A stretch of DNA of 64,000 nt from Nemertoderma westbladi (GCA_032718475.1 JAUCBJ010000015.1:1-64000), one strand, 5' to 3'. Shown: positions 1 through 13,392, counted from the stretch's first letter. A program made the numbers and translations. The notes: generated from the letters alone by a model not told the origin.

Positions 1-887
1 CAATACCTCTTTTTAATCCTACTATTACGTAGCTATTCATACGTAAATAAATGTTCCAGAATATGTTTTTTTATTAAATATAATAAAATAGCCTTGCGCA
101 GGTGCAAAAGCATACAACTTTGGAACGCTTATATGTATATTGCATTATTATATTACCTCGGAACGCTATTTTAGGACGAAATTCAGATTGTGTCACATAT
201 TTGGAATCCTTGCATGGCCGCCAGCTTTCCATCAGTATACCAACACGTTACAATAAGGTTTTTTTTCAAACTTTTGTAGCTAAAAAATGAAAGCAAAAAT
301 AGACTCACCCACGGAGGAGTTGAGAGAAACTATCTCTGTTTCAATTTTTATGAGATCTCAATAAGATTTGTAGAAAGATTTCGTAGCATAATAACGAAAT
401 TATATTCCAGGACATGGGGTACAGTAGTTGCATTCTACCTACTAAATTAAATAGACACACGTTTTTAAAGTTATGTTAATGGGAAAATGTATAACTTTTT
501 TCCCATGTAATAAATAATTATATTTATATTTGAAGGATTATGAAATAAAGTTTTCAGAAATATCTTTTTTTTTAATTAATTTGAATAAACAAGTATAATT
601 TTTAAACAACTAAGCAAATAAGCTTTATTTCATATATTATTGATAAATTCCACTACTATTTCTTCCACTGTGGTGGGGGTGGTTCCACTCGGTGGGTTTA
701 CTCCCAATATTAATACAAATCGATTTGGTTTGGAGGAATTGGGTTGTGGGATTAGAGATTATTAACTTTCGTGCATCGCATTATTCCATCCACCCACCTC
801 AGTAACCTATTCCTTTTCTAATTATATTTATTCCAAATTTATTTTGAAATATATTTTCTTCGTTTCGACCAATGATTATAATGCGTC

Positions 888-977
888 TAAGGAAACCTAA
901 CATAGCGGCATATGGGATGGTATCCCCAACTGTAAGGAAACCTAACATAGCGGCATATGGGATGGTATCCCCAACTG
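888..977. repeat. 45-bp direct tandem duplication (2 copies)
   Basis: TAAGGAAACCTAACATAGCGGCATATGGGATGGTATCCCCAACTG at 888 and 933. Confidence 0.9.
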
Positions 978-1633
978 GAACATGAATTGTTCTGATCATT
1001 ACGGTGATCTGGTCAATGTCAATGTTACAATATCAATTGAGGGAAAGGAGCAGGATACAGTGTCACGTTGTTCTAACCAAAACAATAAACTACAGTCAAT
1101 AGCACATGTTACTGTTGTATTTTTGAGAGTAATCAGCTGTTAGCATCGATTTTCCCCTGGAGAGGGATGAATTTTGATTGGGTCAAAAGTCTCCCCACCC
1201 CCGTCTCCCATCCGGTTCAAATCAAATACAATACCTCGGCTATAGAGTACTCCCGAACAGTTTTCATCGCCGCGAAGATACAATTCGCTTCGCTGGGCAT
1301 TGTTGTCAACAAACTGGACGGAGCTGTCAGGCTGACAGTTGATGGTTTACCTAACACATTAAGTAGGGCCTACATATATATAAACTGAGTAGAATTATAT
1401 TGTATATATATTAAAAGTAACGCTGGGACCACAACACAAGTCGGATTGATAGTTAAAATAATGTGTCACTTGTCCTTGTCAACAACATCGATGTGTAAAT
1501 TGAATACTGTATTATCTAAAATACTAAACATAATAACTTTTCAAATGTCTTCTTTGAGCGTAACAAATAATTACTAATGCCATGATACTACAAAAAATTA
1601 GGCGTTGATACATACATCTATACATAAATATAT

Positions 1634-3931
1634 CTACCAGATATGACACTTATGTTCAGGATTCATGTAGGAACCAACTGGGCAGTTAAAGGCTTCCGCA
1701 AATTCTGGACTGTTCTGAAGTACGCCAATGGCCCTATAGCGTCCATTTGTGTGTACAGCCATGTTCACCATTACTCGCTGGTACTTGGTTCTCACCATAT
1801 TACACCAGACCTGACTGAAAGAAATAAAAAACAACTGAGTGGGTGTATAGTCCATACCGGGTAACTGTGGTTCAGTGACACCTTTCTTGCTAATCCAGGA
1901 TTTGTAAGCTCTGAATGCTTCTTTCACACCTCCGTTATCGGCAATATTCTCCCCTAAGGTGTTGGACCCATTTACAAACATTCCAAGATCCATTAACTCG
2001 TAATTATTGTACTGATCCACCATGCATTTCGCTTTAGCATTGAACGACTCAGTAGAATTATTACTCCACCAATCTCGTAACATCCCGTCCGCATCATATT
2101 TGCGACCTCTGTCGTCGAACCCATGCGTTATCTCGTGCCCTATCACTGTGCCAATCGCCCCAAAGTTTGAGTACATCGGATATTCGCTGTGGTAGAAAGG
2201 GGGTTGTAGTATCCCGGCTGGGAACATGATGGTGTTCTTGGTAGGACTGTAGAATGCATTTACGACTGAAGGGTTTGCGTACCAGGTGTCGTCCACAGGT
2301 TCTCGTAGTTTTTTGTCATACTGAGTCATCATCTCCAAAAAATTTCCACTGAACACTCTAAAAAAAGATCCATTAACAACAAGTTGTTTATAATAATTGT
2401 TTAGCTTAGAATCATCCATGATCCACTCGGGAACGCCAATTTTCTCTTTCATCTTTCTTGCCTTTATCAGAGCTTGTTTGTAAGTTGGTGCATCCATCCA
2501 CTCCTGGTCAGCTAGAAGACCCATGAATTCATTACGAATGAAGCCAATCATGTCTTTAGCAACACTCTGACTGTCTTCACTATAGTATTTCTCTGCATAT
2601 GCTCGACCCAGCACGTAACCTGCTAGTTGCTTCGCAATGCTGGTACAAAACTTCCATCTCGGGGGCAATTCATTGGCTCCTGTGATCGTCTTCTGGTAGA
2701 CCTGATTGATTTCCTGAAATTGCTTGCTGAGGTAGGGGAGAAACCGGAGAACAAAATTAATCTTCATATAATTGGCCAGAAGTTTTTCATTACCTTTATT
2801 ATCATTTATTAATTTTATAATCTTTCGGATTGAATCAGGAGTCTTAACTATGATTGGTTCGTCATCACCAATGGTTATATCAGCAGGTTTCAACCACGTA
2901 TTAAGGTACACCTTCCAATCAAAACCGGGGAATTCTTTAATTAATTCTCGCAGTGTCATCTTATTGTATACATTCTCGGCATCCCTGCGAAACTGTACTG
3001 GAACCAGCAATTTAGACAATTCGATATCCAAGTCCATCATATCGTCAGCGGCTTTAACCGTTTCATTGTGTTTCTTGGGAACCAATGTGTCCACAACATC
3101 TACAAAATATTTCTTCCATGCTTCCAGGTTCTCTTTTCCATCTTCCTTTTCGTAAAAGTCACGGTAACTTAGTAGCCGACCTTCATCCAAATATATGATG
3201 TTTCTAGACCCGTTTTTATTGTCCTGATAGACGTATGGAAAGAAAAAAGTGCCTTTGAATGTCCCCAAAGATTCCTCGACATTGTAGCTTACTACATCAT
3301 TAGTGTCGTCTAGTACTGGCCAGTATCCGATGACCTCTTCGATGTAATCTCGAAGCGGCTGCTCCCCAAGCTCTTCCAGTTGTGACTCATTCATACATAT
3401 GGTGTATATTTTTTTAACATTGTCCCACATTGGGACAGAGTTGTTGACCAGTTTGATTCGGCCTTCAAGAAGTCCTCTCAGTTTCAAATCAACTTCGCTA
3501 TTGGCTGCCGATATTATCCAATAACCTCCTGCATCATCAGGTATCACATTATTTTCCATCCACTTTCCACATGCGAATGTGTAGAAATCGTCGCACGGTT
3601 GGGTTGAGGTGTTCATGTAGGACATAATACGGCCTGAAAGTGTCACACATTCCTCCGTCAAACATACATCCTGTTTGCTGCCGGTTGTCAAATAACAAAT
3701 AAAAGCTATAAGAAATAACAGAACAAATAAAACCAACAGTGCACTGAGTATTAAATTCATAGGCCATTTGCAGTATCGATCCAATACCAATTTCAGTTTG
3801 TTTGGTTTATTATTGGATGTGAACGAAACATCATTATTTGGATGTTTAGCGCCTGATTTATGAAGAGCATCTGTTTCAGCCATCTCTAAGTCGGTGAAAC
3901 CATCACCACTATTTATGTTATTCTTTGTCAT
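1634..3931 (-). CDS. Neprilysin/endothelin-converting-enzyme-like M13 zinc metallopeptidase, type II membrane protein, 765 aa, single coding exon
   Basis: Uninterrupted ORF; N-terminal hydrophobic anchor (LILSALLVLFVLLFLIAFICYL); PCDDFYTFACGKW; VNAFY; zinc motif HEITH(GFD); GENIADNGG; C-terminal FNCPVGSYMNPEHKCHIW. All are canonical M13 motifs. Confidence 0.96.
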   Translation of the reverse strand: MTKNNINSGDGFTDLEMAETDALHKSGAKHPNNDVSFTSNNKPNKLKLVLDRYCKWPMNLILSALLVLFVLLFLIAFICYLTTGSKQDVCLTEECVTLSGRIMSYMNTSTQPCDDFYTFACGKWMENNVIPDDAGGYWIISAANSEVDLKLRGLLEGRIKLVNNSVPMWDNVKKIYTICMNESQLEELGEQPLRDYIEEVIGYWPVLDDTNDVVSYNVEESLGTFKGTFFFPYVYQDNKNGSRNIIYLDEGRLLSYRDFYEKEDGKENLEAWKKYFVDVVDTLVPKKHNETVKAADDMMDLDIELSKLLVPVQFRRDAENVYNKMTLRELIKEFPGFDWKVYLNTWLKPADITIGDDEPIIVKTPDSIRKIIKLINDNKGNEKLLANYMKINFVLRFLPYLSKQFQEINQVYQKTITGANELPPRWKFCTSIAKQLAGYVLGRAYAEKYYSEDSQSVAKDMIGFIRNEFMGLLADQEWMDAPTYKQALIKARKMKEKIGVPEWIMDDSKLNNYYKQLVVNGSFFRVFSGNFLEMMTQYDKKLREPVDDTWYANPSVVNAFYSPTKNTIMFPAGILQPPFYHSEYPMYSNFGAIGTVIGHEITHGFDDRGRKYDADGMLRDWWSNNSTESFNAKAKCMVDQYNNYELMDLGMFVNGSNTLGENIADNGGVKEAFRAYKSWISKKGVTEPQLPGMDYTPTQLFFISFSQVWCNMVRTKYQRVMVNMAVHTNGRYRAIGVLQNSPEFAEAFNCPVGSYMNPEHKCHIW

Positions 3932-4933
3932 CTTCGTTTATTAGTATTATTAGTTAACAAATAGGTTAAGTGAGAAATCCAATGTCCGCTATGCATAGTT
4001 TGGAATATCAGGAAAACACTTTAAATAAAATGTCGCATATTAAAACTGATCCACAGTTATTTGGTTATAAACTCTCAATAATTGCGGTATATAAAATCAA
4101 TAATTAATTAGTTAATACAATGACCATTGGTATAATTTTTATTATATACCGGTACATGTAACATTAGTTTTCATCTAATGTTCTGTATTGAAAAGATGAG
4201 TTCGAATTTTTAATATCGCTTTCAAAAATTTTTAGTAAAGTGTTTGAGAAAAAAGTTGATCCATCAATAATGTAAAATACTGGAAATAAGTCGTCAGGCT
4301 TTTCTTCTTTCAACGTTATTACTATGGCAACCATAGTAACAATGATAGCCCAATTTAATGTATTATTATCCTATGGTACAGCAAACATACCAAACTGGCT
4401 GCGGTTCCTTCCACATGTATGCCCCTGATCCCCAGCATGAAAACGGCATTTCGTTGTTTGCCATCTCATTAATTTCATTAAATTTTGCTTTAGTAAAATC
4501 GTAGCTATAAAAAAGTACAGTAGTTGCACTGATTTAGTCGTCCCTACCTTATGTTAGAGGCAATGAGCGCGGAAACGAAAAAAAACAAGGAAAGCACCTT
4601 GTTACAAATATGTAAAAATAGAAAACATCTCTCACGACTCATTTCCAGTATAGACAGACCCCACAGTATAAGTACTATAATTTACGTAACCAAGCAAATA
4701 TGCGCCCTAGTTTGGTTAGTCCTTAAAAGCATTTGTGCCAAAACGAAAACTATCCTGACTCGCCTGCATGGGTGCCCCCGACCTCTGAGCGTATTAATTC
4801 GGTGGATTTAAATGCTACGCAAAGCTTGAAAAAATTGAATACGCGTATATTGTATTACAGTAGAACACGATCCTTAAAAATACAAAGTATGCTGTCATGT
4901 TGTTCGTTCTATATATGCTCTAATTAACAATAA

Positions 4934-5173
4934 ACACAATATTGCAATGTTCTAAAGTTAATATACGGAAATAAAAACCTTCAGCGAATAAAACTGTAAT
5001 AATCACTTCTGCCTTATCCTTCGGCAAATTAACCTAATATAATAACCTCGGCCTCCGGCCTCGGTAATTATACAGGTTAATTTGCTTCTGGAACGGCATC
5101 AGTGATTATTCAGTTTTATTCGCTTCAGGTTATTATTTCCGTATATTAACTCTAGAACATTGCAATATTGTGT
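4934..5173. mobile_element. ~240-bp fold-back (near-perfect palindromic) non-autonomous element
   Basis: ACACAATATTGCAATGTTCTAAAGTTAATATACGGAAATAA... pairs with ...TTATTTCCGTATATTAACTCTAGAACATTGCAATATTGTGT; pairing continues inward to a central CCTCGGCCTCCGGCCTCGG. Confidence 0.75.
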
Positions 5174-6862
5174 GTATAATATTATGCATAATTATGGCAA
5201 TAATTCAGTACTATAAAGATGATGGCGAATGACCGCATTTAACCTAAATGTAATCTTATTAAAGGGGTATATATTATAAGAGTAAGCTTGGTAGTGTGGG
5301 AACAATTAACGCAAATACCTGTAGAAAATATAGTAGTAATGGATATCTATTCATTTTAAAATATTAATTGACAATGGATGACAAGTATGCAAATAATAGA
5401 TAGACCTATACGAGGAGAGGTCACAAGCATAGATTCTATTATAGTAAAGGAGGGAGTGTGAGATACGTACAGGTAGCAAAGATCATTTTATTAATTCGTG
5501 ATTGACTATTATGACAGATTCAGAAATATACATGAGGGCAACATTAGAAGGCCAATCCGTAATAAATATATTATATGAATAGAGGAACGATACAAAACTT
5601 ATATTGTACAACGATAGGTTGTGGTTGCAGGTTATATTCCACAACCCGTTGGAAAAATATGCAAATCAATGGACAGGTAGGTAGGTACCACGCCCATATA
5701 AGAAACGCAAAGGTAGATAGATACAAACACTTTCGCAGTAGGGGGTACGCCACATGAATACGGCGGAATCAATTATACTAATGGCCAATAAACATTGTTC
5801 AGTTTAAATAGTGTAGTATTATATGGCGTACTCTGTGGAGGAAACGCTGTATTTATACGCGGTGATATAATTGCGTATTTGTTATGGTGTTTTTTTTTGT
5901 TAAGATGCCAACGATTCTGTTTTATTCTACAGTGTATGGCTGTCACACGGATAATTAATATTCGTTTCAGATCATTGTTTATGTATAATAAAATGGGAAA
6001 CAATTTTATAATCAGCATTGTCGCGATTGGCAGTGCATTAGCGAGTTTATTATTCTGTGGCTTTGGAAGGGTGTACTCCTTTCCATTATCCAATTAGCAC
6101 TGCCTGGACAATGGGTCATTCATAACGGGCAGTTGTTACTTACATGTCGTCGCTATACTCGTAAACGCGTTCATTTATTCATAATGCTTAATGGGGCAAA
6201 GCGGAATAAAACAACAACTAAATGCATGTCAGCAGTTATAAAAGTTCCGTACGGGCATTGCGCAGTGCGCAACATGATATAAGATATAATTATAGTTATA
6301 TAAATGCGTATAACATAAAGTGAAACTTTACCAAAAAGAAACGATGGCAGCTATATTTATTCGTTCGGGACAAAAATAATAGTATTTGAATTTAATTAAG
6401 ACAACATTAATAATATAACATAATTTTTAAACAATACTCGTGTCATTCTTTTTGTTTTTCATTTGTGTTGAAGGGAATTCTACTCTTTGTAATTTTTGTT
6501 CACTCAACCTCTTGTATATAATTAACAATATTTAATTAATCCTTAATTTCAAACTTATTATATATAGGCCTTTTTTGAGCCTTTTTTGTGTAATTAACAA
6601 TGGAGACAAACCCCAAGTTGGCTGTGTTACCAAAAACAATCTCAACTTACTCAACTTTTGAGTGGCGGGGGAAATAGGAAAAGAGGTCATTGTCACAAAA
6701 TAGGAAAAAAACGGCTTTAAATGGGAAACTGGAAATGGTAAATTATTTTCGATAGAAAAACTGTCATTGTAATCTATTGCTTCCTTCTATTAAACTCTGG
6801 TACTTGTTTTTTGTGACCATTTTCCCATTCTTAAACACGCTTTGCAAATACACACATTTGGT

Positions 6863-9800
6863 GGTGACAGCTTTGTGAAGCAGTGAACGCACCATTGACA
6901 GCTCTGTGACCAGCGTCAGCTTTGTGAACCAGTGAACCCACATTGATAGCTCTGTGACCAGTGTCAGCTTTGTGAACCAGTGAACGCACATTGACAGCTC
7001 TGTGACCAGTGACACATTTGTGAACCAGTGAACGCACATGGATAGCTCTGTGACCAATGACAGCTCTGTGACCAGTGACACCTTTGTGAACCAGTGAACG
7101 CACATTAATAGCTCTGTGACCAGTGACACCTTTGTGAACCAGTGAACGCACCATTGACAGCTCTGTGACCAGTGACAGCTTTGTGAACAGGGAACGCACA
7201 TTGATAGCTCTGTGACCAGTGAACGCACATTGATAGCTCTGTGACCAGTGACACCTTTGTGAACCAGTGAACGCACCATTGACAGCTCTGTGACCAGTGA
7301 TAGCTTTGTGAACCAGTGAACGCACATTGATAGCTCTGTGATCAATTAAAGCTTAACGAACCAGTGAACGCACATTGATAGCTCTGTGATCAATTAAAGC
7401 TTACCGAACCAGTGAACGCACATTGATAACTCTGTGACCAGTGACAGCTTTGTGAACCAGTGAACGCACATTGATAGCTCTGTGACCAGTGACAGCTTTG
7501 TGAACCAGTGAACTCACATTGACAGCTCTGTGACCAATTAAAGCTTTGTGAACCAGTGAACGCACATTGATAGCTCTGTGACCAGTGAACGCACATTGAC
7601 AGCTCTGTGACCAGTGACAGCTTTGTCAACCAGTGAACGCACATTGACAGCTCTGTGACCAGTGACAGCTTTGTGAACCAGTGAACGCACATTGATAGCT
7701 CTGTGACCAGTGACACCTTTGTGAACCAGTGAACGCACCATTGACAGCTCTGTGACCAGTGACAGCTTTGTGAACAGGGAACGCACATTGATAGCTCTGT
7801 GATCAATTAAAGCTTTGTGAACCAGTGAACGCACATTGATAGCTCTGTGACCAGTGAACGCACATTGATAGCTCTGTGACCAGTGAACGCATATTGACAG
7901 CTCTGTGACCAGTGACAGCTTTGTGAAGCAGTGAACGCACATTGACAGCTCTGTCACCAGTGACAGCTTTGTGAACCAGTGAACGCACATTGATAGCTCT
8001 GTGACCAGTGACAGCTTTGTGAACCAGTGAATTCACATTGACAGCTCTGTGACCAATTAAAGCTTTGTGAACCAGTGAACGCACATTGATAGCTCTGTGA
8101 CCAGTGAACGCACATTGACAGCTCTGTGACCAGTGACAGCTTTGTCAACCAGTAAACGCACATTGACAGCTCTGTGACCAGCGTCAGCTTTGTGAACCAG
8201 TGAACGCACATTGACAGCTCTGTGACCAGTGACAGCTTTGTGAACCAGTGAACGCACATTGACAGCTCTGTGAACCAGTGAACGCACATTGACAGCTCTG
8301 TGACCAGTGACAGCTTTGTCAACCAGTGAACGCACATTGACAGCTCTGTGACCAGCGTCAGCTTTGTGAACCAGTGAACGCATATTGACAGCTCTGTGTC
8401 CAGAGACAGCTTTGTCAACCAGTGAACGCACATTGATAGCTCTGTGACCAGTGAACGCACATTGATAGCTCTGTGACCAGTGTCAGCTTTGTGAACCAGT
8501 GAACGCACATTGACAGCTCTGTGACCAGTGACAGCTTTGTCAACCAGTGAACGCACATTGAAAGCTCTGTGACCAGTGAACGCACATTGATAGCTCTGTG
8601 ACCAGTGTCAGCTTTGTGAACCAGTGAACGCACATTAATAGCTCTGTGACCAGTGTCAGCTTTGTGAGCCAGTGAACGCACATTGAAAGCTCTGTGACCA
8701 GTGAACGCACATTGATAGCTCTGTGACCAGTGTCAGCTTTGTGAACCAGTGAACGCACATTGACAGCTCTGTGACCAGTGAACGCACATTGATAGCTCTG
8801 TGACCAGTGAACGCATATTGACAGCTCTGTGACCAGTGACAGCTTTGTCAACCAGTGAACGCACATTGATAGCTCTGTGACCAGTGTCAGCTTTGTGAAC
8901 CAGTGAACGCACATTGACAGCTCTGTGACCAGCGTCTGCTTTGTGAACCAGTGAACGCACATTGATAGCTCTGTGACCAGTGAACGCACATTGATAGCTC
9001 TGTGACCAGTGAACGCATATTGACAGCTCTGTGACCAGTGACAGCTTTGTGAAGCAGTGTACGCACATTGACAGCTCTGTGACCAGTGTCAGCTTTGTGA
9101 ACCAGTGAACGCACATTGATAGCTCTGTGACCAGTGTCAGCTTTGTGAACCAGTGAACGCACATTGACAGCTCTGTGACCAGCGTCAGCTTTGTGAACCA
9201 GTGAACGCACATTGATAGCTCTGTGACCAGTGAACGCACATTGATAGCTCTGTGACCAGTGAACGCATATTGACAGCTCTGTGACCAGTGACAGCTTTGT
9301 GAAGCAGCGAACGCACATTGACAGCTCTGTGACCAGTGACAGCTTTGTGAACCAGTGAACGCATATTGACAGCTCTGTGACCAGTGACAGCTTTGTGAAG
9401 CAGTGAACGCACATTGACAGCTCTGTGACCAGTGACAGGTTTGTGAACCAGTGAACGCACATTGATAGCTCTGTGACCAGTGAACGCACATTGATAGCTC
9501 TGTGACCAGTGAACGCATATTGACAGCTCTGTGACCAGTGACAGCTTTGTGAAGCAGTGAACGCACATTGACAGCTCTGTGACCAGTGACAGCTTTGTGA
9601 ACCAGTGAACGCACATTGATAGCTCTGTGACCAGTGACAGCTTTGTGAACCAGTGAACTCACATTGACAGCTCTGTGACCAATTAAAGCTTTGTGAACCA
9701 GTGAACGCACATTGATAGCTCTGTGACCAGTGAACGCACATTGACAGCTCTGTGACCAGTGACAGCTTTGTCAACCAGTGAACGCACATTGATAGCTCTG

Positions 9801-10479
9801 TGACCAGTGACAGCTTCGTGAACCAGTGAACGCACATTGATAGCTCTGTGACCAGTGAACGCACATTGATAGCTCTGTGACCAGTGAACGCACATTGATA
9901 GCTCTGTGACCAGTGAACGCATATTGACAGCTCTGTGACCAGTGACAGCTTTGTGAAGCAGTGAACGCACATTGACAGCTCTGTGACCAGTGACAGCTTT
10001 GTGAACCAGTGAACGCACATTGATAGCTCTGTGACCAGTGACAGCTTTGTGAACCAGTGAACGCACATTGATAGCTCTGTGACCAGTGAACGCACATTGA
10101 TAGCTCTGTGACCAGTGAACGCATATTGACAGCTCTGTGACCAGTGACAGCTTTGTGAAGCAGTGAACGCACATTGACAGCTCTGTGACCAGTGACAGCT
10201 TTGTGAACCAGTGAACGCACATTGATAGCTCTGTGACCAGTGACAGCTTTGTGAACCAGTGAACTCACATTGACAGCTCTGTGACCAATTAAAGCTTTGT
10301 GAACCAGTGAACGCACATTGATAGCTCTGTGACCAGTGAACGCACATTGACAGCTCTGTGACCAGTGACAGCTTTGTCAACCAGTGAACGCACATTGATA
10401 GCTCTGTGACCAGTGTCAGCTTTGTGAACCAGTGAACGCACATTGACAGCTCTGTGACCAGTGACAGCTTTGTCAACCA
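6863..10479. repeat. Composite minisatellite, 29-bp (AGTGAACGCACATTGAYAGCTCTGTGACC) and 19-bp (AGTGACAGCTTTGTGAACC) subunits, ~3.6 kb
   Basis: Directly visible; 48-bp composite units interspersed with runs of the 29-mer alone. The ORFs called over it are repeat read-through. Confidence 0.97.
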
Positions 10480-10493
10480 TTAATTTTAGATTG

Positions 10494-10790
10494 CTAATAA
10501 CTCGGTCATTCCTTGATGAAATTAACTTGGTACTTATGTAGTCCGACAAAAGTGTCTAAAAATAGGGTAGACTGTGCCAGTAGTTTTAGACTTTAGATAA
10601 AAACCTAAATAAGTCGGTCAATCAATGATGAAATTAAACCAAACTTGGTAAACATGTGGTCTGTGAAAGGATTGGAAAGATTCTGAAATTTAGTCAAAAA
10701 TCAGACACTCTGACTGACGGTACCGGTAGTTTCAGACTTTAGATAAAAACCGAAATAAGTCGATCAATCATTGATGAAATGACTTGGTAC
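10494..10790 (+). repeat. Fragment of an interspersed repeat also present inside the 22787-24860 element
   Basis: GATGAAATTAAACCAAACTTGGTA and GGTACCG-TAGTTTCA...GATAAAAACCGAAATAAGTC...CAATCATTGATGAAAT are shared with ~23430-23600. Confidence 0.7.
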
Positions 10791-11507
10791 TGTATGTACA
10801 GTATGTACAGTATGCACTATTATTATTTTTTTGTGTCCTTTGAATCATCAAAAATTTTACACTGAGGCATTAACAGGGTCAATTAATTTAAATGGAGGGG
10901 GAAAATAATTACTCGCGCAGATTCTCGCGCAGACTTTGCATACAGTAGTTATAAAGGTTGTCATTCTGCATTTAGGAAAATTTCTATGACAAAACAGGAC
11001 GAGCGCAACGAGGTTTATAATGAAGAGGAGTACAGTGTGGACTAGAATCCTATAAATCCCTGATTCAACATACATATTGAACGTTTATCATTTTCTCGAG
11101 TACCGTTATTGGAATATTGCTCCGTAGATGTAGAGAGCGAACATAATAAAAACTGGCCTGTGTTTAATATACTGTCGAGTATACCTAAACCAAGCATATT
11201 GAGCGATATGTAATTTGTTCATTAGGGCCTACCGATAGTGGACTATTCTTAAGTATTTATTTTGGTGACAAAATGTACAGGACGAACATAACCAGGGTTG
11301 ATTGAAGGACGACGAGTTTGTGTTGACTAATGTAGGCCTATACTCCTAAACCACCTGGTTTACTATATTGGATGATATGTTATTTTGTTAAGTATACGAG
11401 TACCGCTAGTGGTTAATGTTGTAAGCTATTTATATTTTTGATCACACTGCGCGACGAGGGTTATTGTAATGTAAACGAGTTTGTGTTGACTATAGCTTAG
11501 GCCTATT

Positions 11508-13382
11508 TGTTACGATACATGGCGTCGTGTACTAGAACAGCCCATCATACAGTATAGAGTGATTAGAAAAGTTATATTGATGTACAGCCGTCGTTAGATA
11601 AGGAAAATAAAATACACGAGTTCATTATATTCAACTAATTTTATACAGTATGTAGCCTTATGTATGTAATTTTTATAATAAAACCTTAGCGTATTAATTT
11701 ACGGTGGCAAACTTTTATAAAACATTAATACGAATTTGCCGTTTATTGATAATAGTTGAACCCAATGTGTATTTGTATTAATTCAATGCGTATTTCCCTA
11801 TAAACTGATGTTATACTAAATTAACGCTAAAATGTGCTTTAATAATCACGAAATTAATGTTATGGCAATAGACCTATAAGCCCACCAAGACAGATTAATT
11901 ACCATATATGGTAATGATTTGAGATCCCGGGAGGCACAGGGCCATAATCCTTGTCTCCCATTGGTTTAGATATTTAGGTTGGTTTAACAGTAAGTAGGAT
12001 TTTGCTGGACCAATGATATAGACATTGCGTCATACCTATTTTTTGTTCTCTTATTCACTTCTTGATCTTTGTTAATGTTCGCTAAATGATTAATGATTCT
12101 TACAGTTTTTGTCGTTGTAAAATTGTTAATTCTGCTACTTTAGTTAATTGCAAATGCTGATTTCTGCTGTTATGCTTGCTTGATTGATTATTTTAAAACA
12201 ATGATTACTGCTTAGACTGACTCTTAATTTCTTTAATCTTTGCGATGTAGCAAATCCTTATAAAGACTTTCCTTTCAACTATCAAACTGTTTGTAAAGGC
12301 ATGAGCCGATACGGTAATTGTTCGCTTTAGCATGACGGGCTAAGGGTACCGGTAGGCGTCGCGGGCGCACTGTGGAAGCGACGGAAGGAGGAGTGGAGGA
12401 TCCAATGTGGGGCAACGCTGGCGGGGGCCAGTAGTTGTGGTCGGGCAAATAAAAGTAGAGGACCGGGGACCGGTCGTCATTACGGCCTTTGGGGCTGGCG
12501 AACAAGATTTCGTCTCAGTATTGTTTGGCTGTAGCACTGTTTTAACGGGTTTAGCTAGGAAGACCGCATATTTAGCTTGGGTGGCCTTGGCTTATTACAC
12601 TAGTGCTACACCAGTGCTACAAACGCCACTAACACTGTTAATGTATTGGTGGTTTACTGTTGTAAACACTGCTTTATGTTGTGTTGTTTAGAAAGTGCCT
12701 AATCCTCGATTGTGATGTTTAGATAGGCGCTATTCTCTTGATTGTTTCTGTTTTCTATTTATGCTTGTTAAATTACTGTTAGGTCAAATAATACGGTATT
12801 TAGGCTGTCTATAGTGTAGCCCAGTAACGTAACTAATTAGCGTTACAAATTCTGGAATACCTAATAATTAGTTCGCAAACCCATACATTTGAGTAAATGT
12901 AGTTTATGATAGTATTTAGAATACAATTATTAGTTTGTACGCTGCATAGCAGAAAATAGTTTGGGTAGATTACGTTTAATAATACTTTAGGATATTCGAA
13001 GCTAGACGGTTATTTGAAAGTAGCGGGTCAGCAGGTTTACAGTGGTACCGGTAGCTAGGGTAGCGCAGTAGTGATATCGCTGAGTTAAATCAGCCCAAGG
13101 TCAAAGTTTTGACATTAGGAAATTAATACCCCACCTTTTGCATATTAAAATATTCTCACATTCAACATTGTTCCGCCCACCAAACTGCCTGTATTTCTCT
13201 GTGGAAAGTGAACAACGAGTGCTAAAGTCACACACACTCATATTAAGTAGCTTAGGAAGCCAAATCGGATTTATTGTTTTGGTTGTTCTGTTTGGCTTAT
13301 AAATTAGAACGATTAGCTCTCTGTTGGGATTTCGACAGAGGAAGGAACGTGTATGATTGGCAGAGCTATACATAGTTTAACA
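11508..13382 (+). repeat. 5' LTR (1875 bp)
   Basis: Starts TGTTACGATA, ends TAGTTTAACA; colinear with 20210-22070 at roughly 95-97% identity by eye. Confidence 0.95.
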
Positions 13383-13392
13383 GTAATAAGCC
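13383..13392 (+). other. Primer-binding-site position, non-tRNA-like (GTAATAAGCC)
   Basis: Immediately follows the 5' LTR; lacks the TGG start of a tRNA-CCA PBS; exact reverse complement of GGCTTATTAC at 12589-12598 in the LTR. Confidence 0.6.

Noticed and set aside
6863-10479. CRISPR-like appearance of regularly spaced repeats
   Set aside because: No unique spacers and no cas genes; eukaryotic context. The same applies to all other arrays here.
6764-10549. Many long ORFs (up to 529 aa) on the minus strand
   Set aside because: Overlapping in all three frames with the same peptides; read-through of a stop-poor minisatellite.
12275-12691. Short ORFs inside the LTRs (also 20806-21211)
   Set aside because: Frames are not preserved between the two LTR copies (indels); no recognisable domain.
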